A model generated the notes under the pieces. That model searched no databases. It worked only from the letters and a program-made list of their open reading frames with translations, and had not been told where the DNA came from. A stretch of 26,693 bases of DNA from an uncultured bacterium (lineage in GTDB: Bacteria > CAYUVA01), in the NCBI GenBank assembly GCA_964448115.1, contig CAYUVA010000010.1, positions 62,001-88,693 of the forward strand. The letters are read 5' to 3'. A program made the translations under genes and the position numbers. How positions within the stretch are numbered: position 1 is the first letter of the stretch; every line of letters starts with the position of its first letter. Shown piece after piece: positions 23,891 through 26,693 of the stretch.

Positions 23891-25003
23891 TTAATCGCCT
23901 TTGTAGAATTGCCGGATCTTTTCAATGACATATAATTGCTGTTCATTGGTCAACTCCGGATAAATGGGTAGCGATAAGAGTCTTCTTGCATAACAGCTTG
24001 CCACTGGGAAATCGTCTTCCTGGTAGCCCAGGTACGAAAAAGCCTCGCTCAAATGCAGCGGATAAGGATAATGAATCCCGCAGAAGATGCCATTGTCCTT
24101 GAGGAACTCCATTAGCTCATCCCTTCTGTTAGCCCTGATTACATACAAGTGGTAAACATGCGTGCAATGGGGAGCTTGCTTGGGAGTGTAAATATGGTCA
24201 ATATAAGCCAAAGCATCGTCATAAATAGCCGCCAGGTCCCTTCTTTTCTGGTTCCACTTATCGATATAGTTCAACTTGACATCGAGAACTGCAGCCTGCA
24301 TGGCATCGAGGCGGCTATTAGTGCCGATTATCTTGTGGATGTACTTTTGGGGGCTTCCATGATCGGAAAGCAGCGAGATCCTCTCCATTAGCCTCTGATC
24401 GTCGGTGGTTATCGCGCCCCCATCGCCGTAAGCGCCCAGATTCTTGCCCGGATAGAAGCTGAAACATGCCACATCACCTAGTGAACCTGCGCGCCTTCCC
24501 TTATAGAATGCACCATGTGCCTGGGCAGCATCTTCGATGAGAAAAAGTCCATTTTCATCGCAGATCTCACGCAGTGCGTCGTAATCAGGGCACTGTCCAT
24601 AGAGATCGACCGCTATGATCCCCTTGCTGCGGTCTGTAATCGCCTGTTGAACCGCACTAACATCTATAAGATATGTCTCTTTCTGGCAATCAACGAAGAC
24701 AGGCTTGGCGCCGAGCAAAGCAATCGGCTCGGCGGTAGCTATGAAGGTATTCACCGGCAGGATGACCTCATCGCCAGGCTTTACGCCCAAAGCCATAAGG
24801 GATAACATTATAGCATCGGTACCATTGCCTACTCCTCGACAGTACCTGGTTGAGCAGAAACTGGCGAAACGGCTCTCGAAGTTTTCTACGAGGCTGCCGC
24901 GGATGAAGGCTTGTTGTTCAATGACTCTATCTATTGCTTGATGAACTTGGGTTGCAATGGCTCTATATTGCGCCTTCAGATCGACAAGGGGTATTTTTTC
25001 CAT
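23891..25003 (-). CDS. DegT/DnrJ/EryC1/StrS family PLP-dependent sugar aminotransferase
   Basis: NGTDA, NTFIATAE, IEDAAQAHGA, FSFYPGKNLGAYGDGG (PLP Lys), NSRLDAMQAA and HVYHLY. SD AAGGAG. Confidence 0.95.
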   Translation of the reverse strand: MEKIPLVDLKAQYRAIATQVHQAIDRVIEQQAFIRGSLVENFESRFASFCSTRYCRGVGNGTDAIMLSLMALGVKPGDEVILPVNTFIATAEPIALLGAKPVFVDCQKETYLIDVSAVQQAITDRSKGIIAVDLYGQCPDYDALREICDENGLFLIEDAAQAHGAFYKGRRAGSLGDVACFSFYPGKNLGAYGDGGAITTDDQRLMERISLLSDHGSPQKYIHKIIGTNSRLDAMQAAVLDVKLNYIDKWNQKRRDLAAIYDDALAYIDHIYTPKQAPHCTHVYHLYVIRANRRDELMEFLKDNGIFCGIHYPYPLHLSEAFSYLGYQEDDFPVASCYARRLLSLPIYPELTNEQQLYVIEKIRQFYKGD

Positions 25004-25047
25004 ACAGGTTCAGCTCCTTTATAATTTTAGAGGGAAGGGACAGGGGA

Positions 25048-26133
25048 TCATTCGAGATCCTCTAGGATACCCGTAGCCGGATCGTATCTCCTCAGGGACT
25101 TTACCTTCTGGGTAGGCTTATAGTTGGTATAATGGCTTTGTCCTTCAGTATCGATCCAGTAGTATAGATACTGTTTTTGGGGTTTTGGGCTTGCCTGAGG
25201 TTGGCTCGGTCTTTCAGTTTCTTGTGCTATTTCAGCTTTCTGCGCAACCTCGCGAAGCAAGATCATCTGCTCGCTCAATCTCTTGTTTTCCTCCTGCAGT
25301 GAGAGCAGCTTTTCATTCATCTGCTCGATCTGCTCATCCTTATTTGCGATAGCCCTATTATATTGTTGGTTCCATCGGAGTTGCTGCGCATCAAGCCTAG
25401 CCTTGATATCGAGGATCTCCTCATTGCGAGCCTTGCCCCCGAAATAATAACCGATTGCGAAGAATATAAAGAGCATAAGGATCCCTATTGCTATCATCAC
25501 CACCCAGTTGGTCAAGATCCACCGGAGGTTTTCCAGCATGAAGCTCTTTTTCTTGGGGATAGCCTTTGGCTGCATTGATTGGGGAGTTGTTATACCACCG
25601 ATTATCATTTGATCCACTCTTATGTTATCTATCTGTGCATCATCGAATTTAGCACCATCGAGTATAGCTCCGGTCAGGTCTGCATAACGCAGGTCTGCTC
25701 CCTTGAAATCTGCATCGGTCAGGTCAGCATAGCGGAAGTCTGCATTTTGCAGGTTAGCTTTCTCGAATGTCGCCATGGTGCAGTTTGCTCTTTGCAACGA
25801 TGCGCCTTTCAGATCGGCTCTGAGCAGCTTTGCGCCGACCATAGACGCCTCTGAGAGATCAGCTCCCCTCATGCTGCAAAGCTCTAGCTTGGCGCCATCG
25901 AGGTTCACCTTGTTCAAAAAAGCATTACGTAAGGTAGCACCAACCAACATGCTCTCCGATAGATCAGCCCCGGTGAGGATGCAATTAGCCATATAGGCTG
26001 CCCTCAGATCGGCTCTCTTGAGATCCGCACCGATGAGTTCCATGCCCTCGATCTCAACACCTTCCAGGCTTGCTTTATCCTGGGCTCTCTTAATAACTTC
26101 TTCTCGGGTGATTATCTCTTTTTCCTCGCTCAT
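25048..26133 (-). CDS. Pentapeptide-repeat protein with TM helix, coiled coil and C-terminal DUF4124-like motif
   Basis: About 30 A(D/N)LxX-type repeats (aa 22-171), TM VVMIAIGILMLFIFFAIGYYFG, a coiled coil, then LYYWIDTEGQSHYTNYKP. Confidence 0.85.
   Translation of the reverse strand: MSEEKEIITREEVIKRAQDKASLEGVEIEGMELIGADLKRADLRAAYMANCILTGADLSESMLVGATLRNAFLNKVNLDGAKLELCSMRGADLSEASMVGAKLLRADLKGASLQRANCTMATFEKANLQNADFRYADLTDADFKGADLRYADLTGAILDGAKFDDAQIDNIRVDQMIIGGITTPQSMQPKAIPKKKSFMLENLRWILTNWVVMIAIGILMLFIFFAIGYYFGGKARNEEILDIKARLDAQQLRWNQQYNRAIANKDEQIEQMNEKLLSLQEENKRLSEQMILLREVAQKAEIAQETERPSQPQASPKPQKQYLYYWIDTEGQSHYTNYKPTQKVKSLRRYDPATGILEDLE
25621..26070 (-). repeat. Pentapeptide repeat array (about 30 units)
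   Basis: ADLKR ADLRA ... ANLQN ADFRY ADLTD ADFKG ADLRY ADLTG AILDG AKFDD. Confidence 0.9.
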
Positions 26134-26198
26134 AGGCTACCTACATCATGGATAGAAACTCTAAATAACCTTCCTTAGCAGATCCAGCTTTTCAGTTA

Positions 26199-26227
26199 AT
26201 TATACAATATATCAGAATATTTCTCCA
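26199..26227 (-). promoter_or_regulatory. Possible promoter for the pentapeptide/DegT/GT-C operon
   Basis: Minus strand TGGAGA (26227-26222), 17-nt spacer, perfect TATAAT (26204-26199). Confidence 0.4.
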
Positions 26228-26306
26228 TGTAAAATCACCAGGTTCTTGGTTCGGAAAACTCTCCTATAGCCTAATGAAAAACGACCTTGAATATAGTATT
26301 TTCATA

Positions 26307-26693
26307 ATGAGTGTGAAGATAAAGATATTACACATCGCAGCCGTATTGATGTTTTTCTTATGGGGGTTGCTTTCGCTTGCGCCCGATATTTATTGGGGCG
26401 AAGCACCGCTTCTGGCTCTGCAAGCAAAGGATTTGAGCATCTCCCATCCGCCGGGATACCCTTTATACCTGCAATTGGGCAAGCTATTTCATCTTATCCC
26501 CTTCGGTTCGGCTGCCTATCGGATGAATCTTCTCTCTTTATTAGCCGGGTCGCTTTGCATTTACCTACTTATTCTATTGCTGACTCATAAAGGGGGGGCA
26601 TATCGGGAGTTACTGGTTATCCCTCTAGCCATAGCTTCGCCCGTATTCCCAACCATTAGCTTGACCGCGGAGGTCTATACGCTGAACCTAGCC
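26307..26693 (+). CDS. DUF2723 / TMEM260-like (protein O-mannosyltransferase-like, GT-C) membrane protein, 3'-truncated by the window edge
   Basis: Not in the ORF track. Manual translation, open for 129 codons: MSVKIKILHIAAVLMFFLWGLLSLAPDIYWGEAPLLALQAKDLSISHPPGYPLYLQLGKLFHLIPFGSAAYRMNLLS...AEVYTLNLA. HPPGYPLY, RxNLxS and AEVY are the family signatures. Confidence 0.88.
   Translation, partial: MSVKIKILHIAAVLMFFLWGLLSLAPDIYWGEAPLLALQAKDLSISHPPGYPLYLQLGKLFHLIPFGSAAYRMNLLSLLAGSLCIYLLILLLTHKGGAYRELLVIPLAIASPVFPTISLTAEVYTLNLA

Noticed and set aside
25621-26070. Qnr-type quinolone resistance gene
   Set aside because: The repeats are fused to a TM helix and coiled coil, unlike soluble Qnr/MfpA proteins.
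26360-26590. 76-aa plus-strand ORF in the track
   Set aside because: Alternative frame inside the DUF2723-like gene starting at 26307.
1-26693. CRISPR arrays, tRNA/rRNA genes, IS elements, integrases, prophage genes
   Set aside because: No regularly spaced DNA repeats, cloverleaf motifs, or transposase/recombinase signatures were seen, and intergenic regions are all about 200 nt or shorter.

Overview
A gene-dense bacterial window with about 23 CDS and one 10-N scaffold gap at 9010-9019. It comes from a probable diderm organism, judging by the many lipoproteins and TolB/LpoA/GspC-like proteins. I saw no rRNA, tRNA, CRISPR array or mobile element. Left to right: (1) a minus-strand operon of two small hypothetical genes, a long-form GlmL/MutL (glutamate mutase L-like) actin-fold ATPase and a partner gene that the ORF track missed (984 to <1). 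No B12 mutase gene is present, and this operon is the best candidate for an undescribed system. (2) A plus-strand run: small membrane protein, GT4, BNR-propeller lipoprotein, orphan GspC-like protein with ISG repeats, and a secreted protein made of three tandem beta-rich domains. (3) A triple-FHA/TM/TPR protein followed by an amidohydrolase split by the gap. (4) A GT2. (5) An LpoA-like TPR lipoprotein plus an orphan NtrY-like kinase, divergent from a TPR/TolB-like lipoprotein. (6) A succinate:quinone oxidoreductase operon in the order D-C-A-B. (7) A pentapeptide-TM-coiled coil-DUF4124-like protein, a DegT aminotransferase and a GT-C-like membrane protein. (8) A partial DUF2723/TMEM260-like gene (26307 to >26693), also missed by the ORF track. 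All family calls come from motif recognition by eye; no searches were run.
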